A DNA stretch of 63,650 nucleotides, the filler included, from Octopus bimaculoides (lineage: Eukaryota), in assembly GCF_001194135.2 (NCBI RefSeq). It is 4 parts of 4 records of this genome, joined end to end, with 100 filler letters (N's around TTAATTAATTAA, not from the genome) between each part and the next. Parts side by side here need not be neighbours in the genome. Positions count along the whole stretch, not along the records: positions 12,932 to 36,337 come from NC_068982.1; positions 36,438 to 60,084 come from NC_068997.1; 2 more parts are not named here. One strand, given 5' to 3'. This document shows, in pieces, positions 25,092-36,694 of the stretch (the first letter of the stretch is position 1; every line of letters starts with the position of its first letter). The notes beneath the pieces are model-generated. The model searched no databases, was not told the DNA's origin, and was given only the letters and a program-made list of their open reading frames with translations. A program made the position numbers and the translations under genes.

Positions 25092-26040
25092 NCATCATCG
25101 TAGTTTAACATCCGCTTTCCATGCTGGCAAGGGTTGGACAATTTGACTGAGAACTGGCAAGCCAGGAGGCTGCACCAAGCTCCAATCTGATTTGGCAAAG
25201 TTTTACAGCTGGATGCCCTACCTAACATCAACCACTCTGAGAGTATAGTGGGTGCTTTTATGTGCCACCAACACTGGCACCAGCCACGCTTGAATTGTGC
25301 TTTTACATTCCACTGGCACAAGTGCCAGTCATGTGGCACTGGGCATCAACCATGCTTGAATGATGCTTTTTACATGCCAGTCAGGCCACACTGGCATTGG
25401 CCACACTTGAATGGTGATTTAATTTCAATCTGCACGGGTACCAGTCAGGCAGCAACGGCATTAGCCACACTTGGATGGTGCCTTTTATATGCCACCTGCA
25501 CAGGTGCCAGTCAGGCGGCACTGGCATCGGCCATACTTGAATGATGCATTTTACATGCCACTGGCAGAGATGCAAGTCAAGCAGCACTGTCATCGGCCAT
25601 GACTACAATTTCACTTGGTTCAACAGGTCTTCACAAGCATGAGTCTCATCAAGCACAGCATAGCTCCAAAGGTCTCAGTCACTTGCCATTGCCTCTGTGA
25701 GGCCCAACGTTTGAAGGTCGTGCTTCACCACCTCATCCCATGTCTTCCTCGGTCTACATCTACCATAGGTTCCCTCCACTGTTAGGGTGTGACACTTGGT
25801 CACACAGCTGTCCTCATCCATATGCATCACATGACATACCAGTGCAGTCATCTCTCTTGCACACCGAATTTGATGCTTCTTAGGTCCAACTTTTCTCTCA
25901 GAGTACTTACATGCTGTCATGTATGCACACTGACATTACATATCCAGCGGAGCATACTAGCTTAATTTCTTTCAAGCCTATGCATGTCCTCAGCAATCCA
26001 GCCCATGTTTCACTACCGTGTAGCATGGCTTTTCACACAC
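25092..26040 (-). mobile_element. RTE-clade LINE 3' fragment with tandem-repeat 3' UTR
   Basis: Reverse-complement terminus, about 65-bp repeats at 25260-25610, and C-terminal 'HMDEDSCVTKCHTLTVEGTYGRCRPRKTWDEVV'. Confidence 0.88.
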
Positions 26041-26489
26041 ATGCATCATACAGTCTGCATTTTACTCTGAGTGAGGCCCTTTGCTACCCTATGATTTATT
26101 AATAATGATAAAATATTTTTTGGCTAATTTCTGAAAGAAAATCGGCATTTTTTTGTATTTGCTGCCGATAAGGTAAACCGCACATGCGCGGTAAATTTTG
26201 AAAAATTAAGCATATAAGCATTAGTCATGTTTTCTATGTAGTGCTTCGTGTTTATATGTTAAATCTAGGTTATTCCGCTGAAGATAGCTGACTTTGCAAA
26301 ATATTTTATTTTGCTAAAATAGCTTGAAACCATGGTACGGAAAATAGATTGGTAAATGTTTTTATTTTTCATTCCCTTTCGAAATTATCCTTAATTGTGG
26401 TATAGAGTTTTTGGCTGCTCTTTCTAGCGGGTTAGATGTCCTATTGTAGGCATCTCTGTATTTTAAATGAATAATATATATATATATAT

Positions 26490-26888
26490 AGGTGTGGCTG
26501 TGTGATAAGAAGCTTGCTTCCCAACCACATAGTTCTGGGTTCAGTCCCACAGTGTGGCACCTGGAGAAGTGTCTTCTACTACAACCACAGGCTGACGAAA
26601 GCCCTGTGTGTGGATTTGGCAGACGGAAATTGAAAGAAGCCGCTTGTGTATATATATGTAAATATCTATGTATGTGTGTCTTTGTGTCTGTTTACCACTA
26701 CAGCTTGAAAACAGGTGCTGGTGTGTTTACATTTTTGTGACTTAGCTGTTCAGTAAAAGAAACCAATAGAATAAGTACTAGGCTTAAAAAAATATATCCT
26801 GGAGTTGATTTGTTTAACTAAAATCATTCAAAGTGGTGCCCCAGCATAGCCATAGTCAAATGACTGAAACAAGTAAAAGGTAAAAGAT
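26490..26888 (+). mobile_element. SINE family B, full length
   Basis: Same head, body and tail blocks as 22619-22945. Confidence 0.85.
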
Positions 26889-26966
26889 ACAGATATATAT
26901 ATATATATATATATATATTCTTAGCACTAGCAGTGTAAGCACTAGCAGTGTATTCAATGGCCATTG

Positions 26967-27790
26967 TTACGCAATTTGCTTTTGATGAAGGAGGGTGTTC
27001 AACACAGTTGCCCTCTTTTGAGTTTCTTTACTTGGTATAGGTTCATCTGAGAACTTAGACAGCAGAAGTTCAAGGTGTTTCTTAAACATATCTAACCCTA
27101 CTCCATGAAGATCTCTCAGATGTTTTGTCGGGGCATTAAATAGCTGTGGGCCCTTGAATCGCAAGCTTTTGCAGTACATGATCCTCACTGTAGATAGGAT
27201 AGCTGGGACCTTCGGAACAGTGTAGTTATGTCCAGTTCAGCGGCTGGTATAGTTCTTGATGCTTAGTTTGATGCCAGCCCCTCCAGGATCTTCCATATGC
27301 ATATCACTGCTCATCTCTCTTTGCCCGAGGGATTAGAGTCATAACTTTCTCAAGCTCTCCCAGTAGCTCAGCTGTCACACTGATGCAACCATCCTGGTGT
27401 AGCACCACTGAACTGTATCAAGGTCTGCTATTAATTTGACGATGCTGGGTGAATACACTTCAGAGTAGTAGTGCAGATGGCTAAGTGGTTCTATATCCGC
27501 CATAGAGCCAGCATATTTTCCTGATCCCTTGTTCTGAAGGCTCTTGGAAACTATTCAGCCATTTACTTGCACATTGCCATCATCTTTGTAGAATGAGGCA
27601 TTGTTACTCATATCAATTCCCAGATCATGCACTGTACTTGACTCTGAGATTGTTGCTCTTTTTGGTCCAATGTGGGCACAAGCTAGCTGACAGTGGAGGG
27701 GTTGGAATTCACTTGCATTAAATTGCATATTGTTTTCTTCAGCCCATTTATACATGGCATCTAGGTCTTTCTGTAGAAGATTACCATCGA
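26967..27790 (-). mobile_element. CR1-group LINE 3' fragment
   Basis: 'LLQKDLDAMYKWAEENNMQFNASEF', 'HDLGIDMSNN', 'FKGPQLFN..RDLHGV..FKKHLELLLSKFSDEP', parallel to 18800-19600. Confidence 0.82.
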
Positions 27791-27794
27791 TGTG

Positions 27795-29690
27795 GTCAAA
27801 CATCCTGGAAGCAAAGAAGCACTTGACCAACAACTTTCAAGCCGCAAATAATGACATCTCACTGTTGTATGGGCTCTGCAACAATCATAAAGTGATCACT
27901 GATCTGGTGATAGGGCCACCAACAAGACCAGTCTGCAGAGCCAACATTGCCAGCAACTATAGGATGTCCTACTTCCTCTCATATGCCCTGTAATCAAATT
28001 GTGCCTGGATGTGTGTGGCAGCACAGAAGACCTTTTCAGCAGAATCAATGAATGCAACCACACCTGTAACGTGACAGGATGCATAATAGGCAGTATGGAT
28101 GTAGTGTCCCTATACCTATCCATAAATACTGATTTTGCTGTGGACAAATGTGCAGAGATGAACAGTAAGAGCAATGTGGAGTTTTGTGATATTGACACAG
28201 AGGAACTGGACCTCCTCCTTAGGCTTACATGGGACAAAGAGTACCTAGACAAACATGACCTTAGCTGTTTTTGCTCCAGTAGATCAGTAAGAGGGAGACC
28301 CCCTACTGCAACCACATTGGCCAAGAAGACTCTTTGTGAGAGAGAGAATGAGTGAACCAGCACCATGTGGACCCCTGAAAACTATGGTCAGGTGAGAAAA
28401 ATGGTTGCACATGCAGTAGGTGCAAGTACCAAAATCACTCTAAAGGGCAACATGTTCAAGTTTAATAAGAAGGTATACGCCCAAGAAGACGCAGCCATCA
28501 GTGTCAGTATCACTGGTGGTGTGGCTAACCTAGTTATAGTATGGTGGGATAGGAGACGTAAAGAATGATTAGCAGAGAGCTCCATAATCCTAACCATGTA
28601 CTCCCGCTATGTGGATGATATCACAATAGTAGCAAAAGTAACCCTATAAGATAGTGTCTATGAACTAGAAGCTAGCATCATGGAGAGTATCCAGAAAATA
28701 GATAACTTCATCCATCAGAGTATTAAAGTAACAGTAGATTCCCCCAGAAGTACCCTAACTAAAGACTACAAGTTTTAGGCATAGTACTATGGCTAGAAAC
28801 TCGGAATAATAAGGTCTAGATCCCTCATTCCTCCTATGCCAAACCCATGACCTCTAAATATTTGGTCCACAAGAATGCAGCTATTGCAGACAACATCAAG
28901 TTGAATATCCTAATAGTGGACTTGGTAAGAATGATGAGAAATGTGACCTGCAGATGCAATCCAACAGAATTAGAAAGACACATACACTTCATTCACCACA
29001 TGCAGTTGTCTGGCTACAGCCAAAGGGATAGGATTAGAGTGTACAAAGGAGCCAGGGCTAAGTACAAGACCATCATGGGGAATGATGCAAATGGGGTCTG
29101 CCCAGTATAAAGAAGTAAATCCTGGAATAGCATAGAAAGAACCAAGAAGAAGGTAGATAAGGCCAACTCAGGTATGACAACCAAAAATACCAGAGCATCA
29201 TGTTCATTGATGCTACCTTGAGCAGAAAACTAGCATACCATCTTAAGAAAATCTTAGTTAATATGAATCTATAGATTGAAGCAGTAGAAAGACTAAAGAC
29301 CTCCATAAAATCCCTGATCTATAGAACATATCCATTTGAAAGGTCCCCATGCAAGGATAACAACTGTATAAAATATAGGATGAATCCACATGTAAACTGT
29401 AAGATTAGGAATATTGTGTGGAGCAACGGTGCAAAAACAGGACAATCACATACATTGGGGAGACAGCACGTAACATAGGTAAATGGATAGGTGAACAATA
29501 GCAGGAGCTCAAGGAGGAGAAAAGCTCTCATTTCTCAAGGAGAAAAGCTCTACCAATATGCTCAATTAAAACATGAGGGCTCATAGATATTAAGATATTA
29601 TCAATACATAGAACATACACAACAGATTACAGAAGCCTCAACAGAAGATATGAATGAAATAACCCCCTTTCCACTCCACCACACTATTCA
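27795..29690 (+). mobile_element. Penelope-like element (RT + GIY-YIG), 5'-truncated and disrupted
   Basis: 'PTRPVC', 'SMDVVSLY', 'FKFNKKVYAQ...GGVANLVIVWWD', 'RYVDD' (28605-28619), 'YIGETARN' (29451-29474). Confidence 0.85.
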
Positions 29691-29885
29691 ACCTGAGCAC
29701 TAAAGACAGAATGAGAGAAGAAAAAAATACAGATACAAACAGTATAAAATCATATACATACACACACACACAAGACACATACACATACAAAAGTTGATAT
29801 GAGGAACAAATAAATGAATAAAAACATAAATAAAAGACATGGGTACAAACAGTGTAGTAAGCAAATCAATTTACATACATATATA

Positions 29886-30770
29886 TCATCATCATCGTTT
29901 AACATCTGCCTTCCATGCTAACATGGGTTGGACGATTTAACTGAGGACTGGTGAACCTGATGGCTACACCAGGCTCCAATCTGAGCTGGCAGAGTTTCTA
30001 CAGCTGGATGCCCTTCCTTACACCAACCACTCCGAGAGTGTAATGGGTGCTCTTATGTGCCACCGGCACGAGGGTCAGCCAGGCAGTACTGGCAACGACC
30101 TCACTCAAATGTTTTTTCAGATGCCAGTAAGGCAACGCTGGTAACGATCACACTCAAATCGTGTTATTTACGTGCCACAGGCACGGAAGCCAGACAGCTG
30201 CTCTGGCAATGATCACGCTCAGATGGTGCTGTTAGTGCTCCACTGGCACAGGTGTCAAATAATCGAATTTGGTTCAATTACGATCTCTATTTCACTTGCC
30301 CCAACAGGTCTTCACAAGCAGAGTTTAGTGTCCAATGAAGGAGAGGTTGGCATGGGTGCCAGTCATCGAATTTGGTTCGATTTTGATTTCAGTTGCCTCA
30401 ACAGGTCTTCGCAAGCAGAGTTTAGTGTCCAATGAAGGAAAGGTACACATAAGTGGGCTGGCTACACCCCGGGCAGAGGCCATGAATTATGGTCTCACTT
30501 GGCTTGCTGGGTCTTCTCACGCACTGCATATTTCCAAAGGTCTCGGTCACTAGTCATTGCCTCAGTGAGGCCTAATGTTCTAAAGTCATGCTTCACCACC
30601 TTGTCCTAGGTCTTCCTGGGTCTACCTCTTCCACGGGTTCCCTCAACTACTAGGGTGTGTCACTTTTTCACACAGCTATCCTCATCCATTCACGCCACAT
30701 GACCATACCAGCGCAATCGTCTCTCTTGCACACCACAATTGATGCTTCTTAGGTCCAACTTTTCTCTCAA
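29886..30770 (-). mobile_element. RTE-clade LINE 3' fragment
   Basis: Same terminus and UTR repeats as 25092; C-terminal coding part at 30490-30770. Confidence 0.85.
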
Positions 30771-30821
30771 CTCTATCCGAAAGAGAAGCACACTCTTAAG
30801 TTATAGAGCAGTCGAGTAGTT

Positions 30822-30979
30822 AGATAAAGACAGTTATGGTTGGTCTATGGGGTTACCCAGGTTTTCATATCCATAAAGTGCTTAGCTTTACAGTGCCTCT
30901 TCAGACCCTAAGGGCTAGTGACCTACAACCTCTCTTTATGGATGTGAAACCCAGGGTAACCCCAAAACTATCTTTATCT
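30822..30979. repeat. Fold-back (long inverted repeat) element
   Basis: 30848-30878 vs 30934-30964 match 28/31 as an inverted repeat; outer arms 30822-30835 vs 30966-30979 match 13/14. Confidence 0.8.
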
Positions 30980-31213
30980 CTCTATCTATCTATCTATATT
31001 GGTGAGACCAGTAGGTCGATAAGCATAAAAAACACATGCTCCCACATAAAAAGAGAGCACTTATAAGGAAAATAAAAAATATTAACTGAAAAATCAACTG
31101 GCTAAAATATTGCCAGCTGCTGTGCACTCCCTTGACAGATATAGCTTTACTGGAACCAAAACTGCATGAAGACTATGATTGGTAATCAAAGAATTGCAAA
31201 AGGAAAGTGGGTC

Positions 31214-31389
31214 GAGTTCTATATTTAAGAGATGAGGAATTATGTACATTATTTACATTTGACGGATATTTGTCCTCATCTTGTTTGTTGTTAACACAAC
31301 ATTTCAGCTGATATATCCTCCAGCCTTCATCAGGTGTCTTGGGGGAAATTTTGAACCTGGGTTCTCATTCCTAAGGTATTTTTTTGATG

Positions 31390-31424
<35 letters not shown>

Positions 31425-31521
31425 GTTATTATTAAGGTCATTGTCTGGAATCGAACTTGGAATCTTGGGGATAGTAGCTTGCGCTCTTAACCACTACGCC
31501 ATATGCCCATGTAAATAATGA
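31214..31521 (-). mobile_element. tRNA-headed SINE carrying a hammerhead ribozyme motif
   Basis: Minus strand: GGGCATATGGCGTAGTGG (A box)...AGTTCGATTCC (B box), (AAT)n, hammerhead, 3' tail; 10-bp TSD aaagtgggtc (31204-31213, 31522-31531); 12-bp inverted copy of an internal segment at the 5' end. Confidence 0.85.
31293..31338 (-). ncRNA. Minimal type I hammerhead ribozyme motif (probably decayed in this copy)
   Basis: GACAC-CUGAUGA-A-GGCUG(GAGGAUAUAU)CAGCU-GAAA-U-GUU-GUGUU: stem I GACAC/GUGUU, 5-bp stem II, conserved core; GAAAU in place of GAAAC. Confidence 0.7.
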
Positions 31522-32032
31522 AAAGTGGGTCATTGAGAAAATAAAAGTCAATCCTAAAGTATTTGCTAAAAAGCATAAGGTCATTGTATTATCTGTTGGG
31601 CCTCTGACAGATGAAGATGGCATGCTGCATAATGATGCAGATGTGATCGAGATTCTAGAGAAGCAATACTGACCCACTTTCAGCAATCCCAACATTATTA
31701 ATCCTGACAGCATTGGTTAAACAAACCTCAAGCACACCCAAACCAACATATCATTTGATGCCTTAGATACCATAGCAGCTATTAACAAAATACAACCAAT
31801 TTAGCTAGAGTTCTGAACGAGTGCTGTCAATTGGCATTCCCCTTAGCTATTCTTTGGAGGAAATCACTGGATGCTGGCCATATTCCTATCACAATCTATT
31901 ATTCCAATTTTCAAAAAGGGCAACAAATCACTGGCAGTGAATTACAGACTGATTTCACTTACCTCTCATGTCATCAAATTATTTGAGAGGGCGGTAAGAC
32001 CACAAGTAAAGAGAACATCACCTTTCAAGTAA

Positions 32033-32653
32033 CTAAAAATAAGTAAAGGTAAGCTTGCCAAAGTTTAATGCAGTTTAAATATGGAGATAAAGATTGTTTA
32101 GTTTTAGATATTCATCACGTACAGTGTTTTTAGTCAATTTAATCACAGTGGCAGGTGGACAGTCGAAGTAAATAAATAGACAAAATCATTTCACTTTTAT
32201 AAAAAGATTAAAAAAGTATGGAAGACACTACATACAAAAAAACTATGTCCATTTAGGTCCATTTACGTGGGAGCTCTGTGAAAAATGTTTAGTGCATGAC
32301 CATCCGTGGAACATAAGTAATGTGTGTGTAAAGTTTGGTGAAAATCAGTTGAGAATAGTGGAAATGTTTGCATTCAGTGTTCCTAGCCAATTTAATCACC
32401 ATCGCTGGAGGACAATGGAAATAAATAGACAAAATCCTTTCACTTTTATAAAAAGATTAAAAAAGTAAGGAAGACCCTACATAAAAAAACTATGTCCATT
32501 TATGCAGGAGCTCTGGGCAAAATGTTATAGTGCATGACCACCCTTGGAAAATGAGTAATGTGTGTGTAAAGTTTGGTGAAAATCGGTTGAGAATTGCAGA
32601 AATGTATGCGTTAGTCATTATACACACACATACTGTGACTTATATATACTAGA
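32033..32653 (-). mobile_element. Helitron/Helentron-like non-autonomous element with two ~250-bp tandem units
   Basis: Minus-strand start A|TCTAGTATATATAAGTCAC at 32653; units 32136-32388 and 32389-~32615; 3' CTAG not intact, so the end is uncertain. Confidence 0.5.
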
Positions 32654-33334
32654 TATACAGATACAAACATACACACACACGCACTCACACACCTTTGTTC
32701 CAGCAGGAGAAATCAATAATAGCATTTTAATTTTAAAGACTAGTTAAAATAAATAACACTATAATCAGTACAATATGTAGCAGTGGGAGTGATCAATTAA
32801 TGTCTTTTAAATTTTAATAGTTTATACTGTAAAATTATTTTAATGTACTTGAGGGAAAAGAGTGATGCTAATAAAGATCAAATTACTATTTACAGATCAA
32901 GTCATTTTCGAGAAACATTTTAACTATAATAGCAGAGGTTAGAATAAATGAAGAAATAAGAAGAGTTTGTATATAAGTTTCTGAAGTCCAAGCAATAAAC
33001 ATAGCACATGAAAGCTGCATTAAAAATATTTAATTAATGCCATTCTGCTAATTCATCATAATCTTTTGTCCACATCATTGATATCAAGCCCCGCTGACAG
33101 TTACCTGTGATTACTGTGTCTTCACAACTACAGAAGTACAGGGCCGAATTGCTGACTCAGTTTAAAATATTATTATGCCATCCAGGCAAATTATCTACTA
33201 CGCAGATGCCTGCTAAGTATCCTACGTAGTACTCAATTTTCTAAGTATCTGATCCCACAAATTGTAGTTGATAAATATTATGGTTAAGAGTACTGGAACA
33301 TTTCATTAAATTCCTTGTCCATTTATAATATGCA

Positions 33335-34643
33335 TTGGGCCATCCTATAAATAATGCGGTTTTTTCAATTGCATAAACTAAAAGTTGGAGGGGGACAGGA
33401 TAGATTACCTGCATCAACTTGCTGAAAAAGCAAGCAGTAATTTTACCTTGTACTTATTCTTAGTGCAAGTTTTGAAGAGTGTAGTTTGATTTTAAGTTAT
33501 TTTTTCAAAGCTATAATCAAAGTGAAAAAGGAGCATATTCGGCATATTTTGCTTTATGAGTTCAGTAAAGGCAACAACGCAATGGAAAGTGCAAGGAATA
33601 TTAATGCAGTCTATGGGGATTGGACAATAAGCATAAGCCAGTGTCAATGGTGGTTCCAGAAATTTCGAACTAGAAAATACAGCCTAGAAGACAAGATTTG
33701 TGAAGCTCAACCAGAACGTCCTGCAAACCCTGGTGGAACAAAATCCCATCGTAACTGTTGAGGAACTAGCAAAGAAGTCATTTAACCATTCATTGACATC
33801 TGTGTGCCATTGGGTCAATGGGTCCCTCACAAACTTCCCGAGCCTAATCACGTGCAGAGAGTGAATGTGTGCTCTTCTTTGCTGTCATGTTTTACGAATG
33901 AACCTTTTTGGATTGAATAGTAACTGATGATGAGAAATGGGTTTGCTATAAAAATGTTAAACGCCAAAGACAGTGGGTAGGAAAAGTGCGAGGAATATTA
34001 ATGCAGTATATGGTGATCGGACAATAAGCATAAGCCAGTGTCAATAGTAGTTCCAGAAATTTTGATCTGGAAACTACAGCCTAGAAGACAAGCCTCATCC
34101 TGAAAGATCTGTAAAGCTTGACAAGGATGTCCTGCAAACCCTGGAACAAAATCCCATCGTAACTGTTGAGGAACTAGCAGAGAATCTTGGATTAGGTCAT
34201 TCAACCATTCATCGACACCAGTACTAGAAAAAAAACAACCATCTTTAGTTTCAAGATGAAAGGTGTTCTGCCATCAGGATAATGCTCAGCCACATGTAGC
34301 AAGGATGACATTCCAACAGCTGGAGCAGTTTGAATGAGAAACGATGCCTCACCCACCTTATTCGTCAGACATTACCCCCATCTGATTATCATTTATTCCA
34401 CAGTCTTCAAAATCATTTGGATGGAAAAAATATGAATTTTGTAAAGGTCAGAACAGTACTGGAGGAGTATTTTTCATCACAGACAAGTCAATTTTGGAAG
34501 AGGGGCCTTGCAAGTCTACCAGATAGATGGAAGAGTATTGTAGAAAATGAAGGAGAGTATATTTTAGATTAAAAAAGAACTTTATCTTAATTTTGAAAAA
34601 TAAAAGCAGTATAAAAAGCCGCATTATTTATAGGATGACCCAA
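33335..34643 (+). mobile_element. Mariner (DD34D-type) element with TIRs, decayed, with internal duplication
   Basis: 25-bp TIR ttgggYcatcctataaataatgcgg at both ends, right TA intact; 'HIRHILLYEF..G.NA', 'DNAQPH', 'PPSDYHLFHSLQNHLDGK'. Confidence 0.9.
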
Positions 34644-35176
34644 TATATAACAAGTAAAAAAAAAATGATTCATCTACTGAAAAGGATCTCTTTCACTTCC
34701 TTTGCAAAACAGAAATCTGCCATACAGATGTCTAATTGAACAAGATACTTTTTCTTGATTAGTCTTCTCTTCTCTGGTTAAATTGATAGCAACCAGAGAA
34801 TTGCAAAGAATGATTTCAATTATTTTACTTTTTTTGTTACAAATAGAATCAAATCAAAACACATACATCTTTCATTAGAAAGCTTAAGAGCTTTGAGATT
34901 GAAACAAGGATAAAATTGACATTGAAAACTTTATACATGTCCCCAACAATGAAACAATATTAACAAAATACAAAAATATAAGATTAGATAATGATAAAGC
35001 TTTGCTTTTGATACTCAGTTACACAAACACATGGCAAACTGATAAAATAAATTGGTTCAAGATGTATATTCTGGAAATAGAAAATTGTCTACATAACAGT
35101 GTTAGTTCATGCCATAAGTCAAATTAAATTAGAAAAGAAAACGATAGGTTTAAATATAATAGAGAAAGAATGTAAC

Positions 35177-35207
<31 letters not shown>

Positions 35208-35243
35208 TGAATGAAAATTCAAGCTATAAGTTTTAAATCTCAC

Positions 35244-35465
35244 CTTTGAAGAACCAAATATTGAAAAAAGGCCCCCTCTCTTTTTCGTTCTGCCACCCAC
35301 AGTTCCAGGTTTTATTTGATTTTTAAAGTCTGTTGATGATTGGGAGCGAGGGGCGGAATTGTGAGGGTAACTATCTCCAGGAGTAGGGCAGCTAAGATCT
35401 TCAAATGGAAGGTCCGAAGGATGGGTGAAACCAGATTTGTAGCGCTCAATCACTAACCGAGAATC
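35244..35465 (-). CDS. FNBP1L: Internal exon (222 nt, phase 0-0) of a Cip4/FNBP1/TOCA-family F-BAR protein
   Basis: Acceptor ttttcccccacccaag|GAT, donor AAG|gtgaga; peptide DSRLVIERYKSGFTHPSDLPFEDLS...GTVGGRTKKRGGLFSIFGSSK matches the F-BAR end motif (YKSGF.PP.D.PFED) and the basic/'IFG' segment I recall from FNBP1 and Cip4. The vertebrate paralog name is only indicative. Confidence 0.88.
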
Positions 35466-35949
35466 CTTGGGTGGGGGAAAAGAATAAAAATTGTATTTCA
35501 AAATTAAAAACAAATATAAGAATGGGAAATTGTAGATGAACATCAAACAATATGCAATCAGAAAAATATATGTCTGGTAAAGGCTTATGAATTTTTCAAT
35601 TTAAATATTCAGATTCATTGATTCCAAAAGGAAATGTTCCTTTAATTTGTTTGTAATAGTTTAATTTAATGTCAACATTGTTTTGCCTAATGCATTCATT
35701 TGCAAAGTTAGAAATCAAATTTTTGTGTAGTAAAAAGCCCTCCTTAACTCATGTCTAATATGAAATAGAATGATATCAGTGGAACTATAATCTCTATTTC
35801 ATTGAAATCAATTTCAGTACTCTGTTTTGTCTGGGGAGAGTCATTTTCTTATTGTGCCTTAAAATTTAACACACTCACCGTTAAAATTTCCACTTATTTC
35901 TTATTTTTATTTTCCTAAAATTTTCGTTGTGTCTTGAAACCTTTTCAAT

Positions 35950-36337
35950 AGTCTTGACTCTGTCCGTTATTTACATTGCATTCTGTTTTTGCTTTTTTTT
36001 TTTGCGCATGCGTGTGTCTCAGTGTGTGTGTATGTATGCATGTATGTGTGCATGTGTGTGTATGTATGTCTGTGTGTGCATGCACATGTATATATGTATG
36101 TGTGTGTGTGTGTATGTATATATGTATGTATGTGTGTGTTTGCATGTATGTATGTATGTATGTATTCTGCATTTGTGTGTTTTTTTGTTGTTTTTGTTGT
36201 TTTTTTTGTTTTTTTATGTATGTGTGTGCATGTGTGTATATGTATGTGTGTACCTCTGTCTCCTTGTGTGTGCATATCTGAGTGTGTGTGCGTTTGTGCT
36301 TTGCTGCTATGTACCATGTTTGCATGTATGGGTGCAC
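35950..36337. repeat. (TG)/(TATG) compound microsatellite
   Basis: Direct inspection. Confidence 0.9.
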
Positions 36338-36437
36338 NNNNNNNNNNNNNNNNNNNNNNNNNNNNNNNNNNNNNNNNNNNNTTAATTAATTAANNNNNNN
36401 NNNNNNNNNNNNNNNNNNNNNNNNNNNNNNNNNNNNN
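36338..36437. other. Artificial assembly spacer 44N-TTAATTAATTAA-44N
   Basis: Same 100-bp structure as 12832 and 60085. Confidence 0.92.
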
Positions 36438-36694
36438 ACTAAGAGTTATGCTTAGTGATAAATACTTATAATTAAGTTATAAGTAACGAAATTATCATTA
36501 TAGCTTTTAATTAATAAACAATAAAATTCGTTATAACTTACGAATGAAAACATTATAAATAAAGATATAGTATATCTCACATTTCAACAACCTGTTGTTG
36601 TGATAAACAACCAACATAGAAAAACTGGTGTCTGACCTGTTATTACACATAAAAGCTTTTTTTTGCTTGTTGTTTGCTTTGTGATAACCATTGT

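Larger units (their letters stand above)
31040..32010 (+). mobile_element. CR1-group LINE internal fragment, host of the ribozyme SINE
   Basis: Joining across the insertion gives 'KGKWVIEKIKVNPKVFAKK...VGPLTDEDG'; later 'IFKKGNKSLAVNYRLISLTSHVIKLFER'. Confidence 0.75.

Noticed and set aside
25260-25610. CRISPR-like array
   Set aside because: Units are contiguous degenerate tandem repeats with no unique spacers, lie in a LINE 3' UTR, and the DNA is eukaryotic.
30995-31030. 'YIGETSRSI' GIY-YIG-like peptide
   Set aside because: Only about 9 residues next to a microsatellite, with no other GIY-YIG motif; adjacent sequence reads as CR1.
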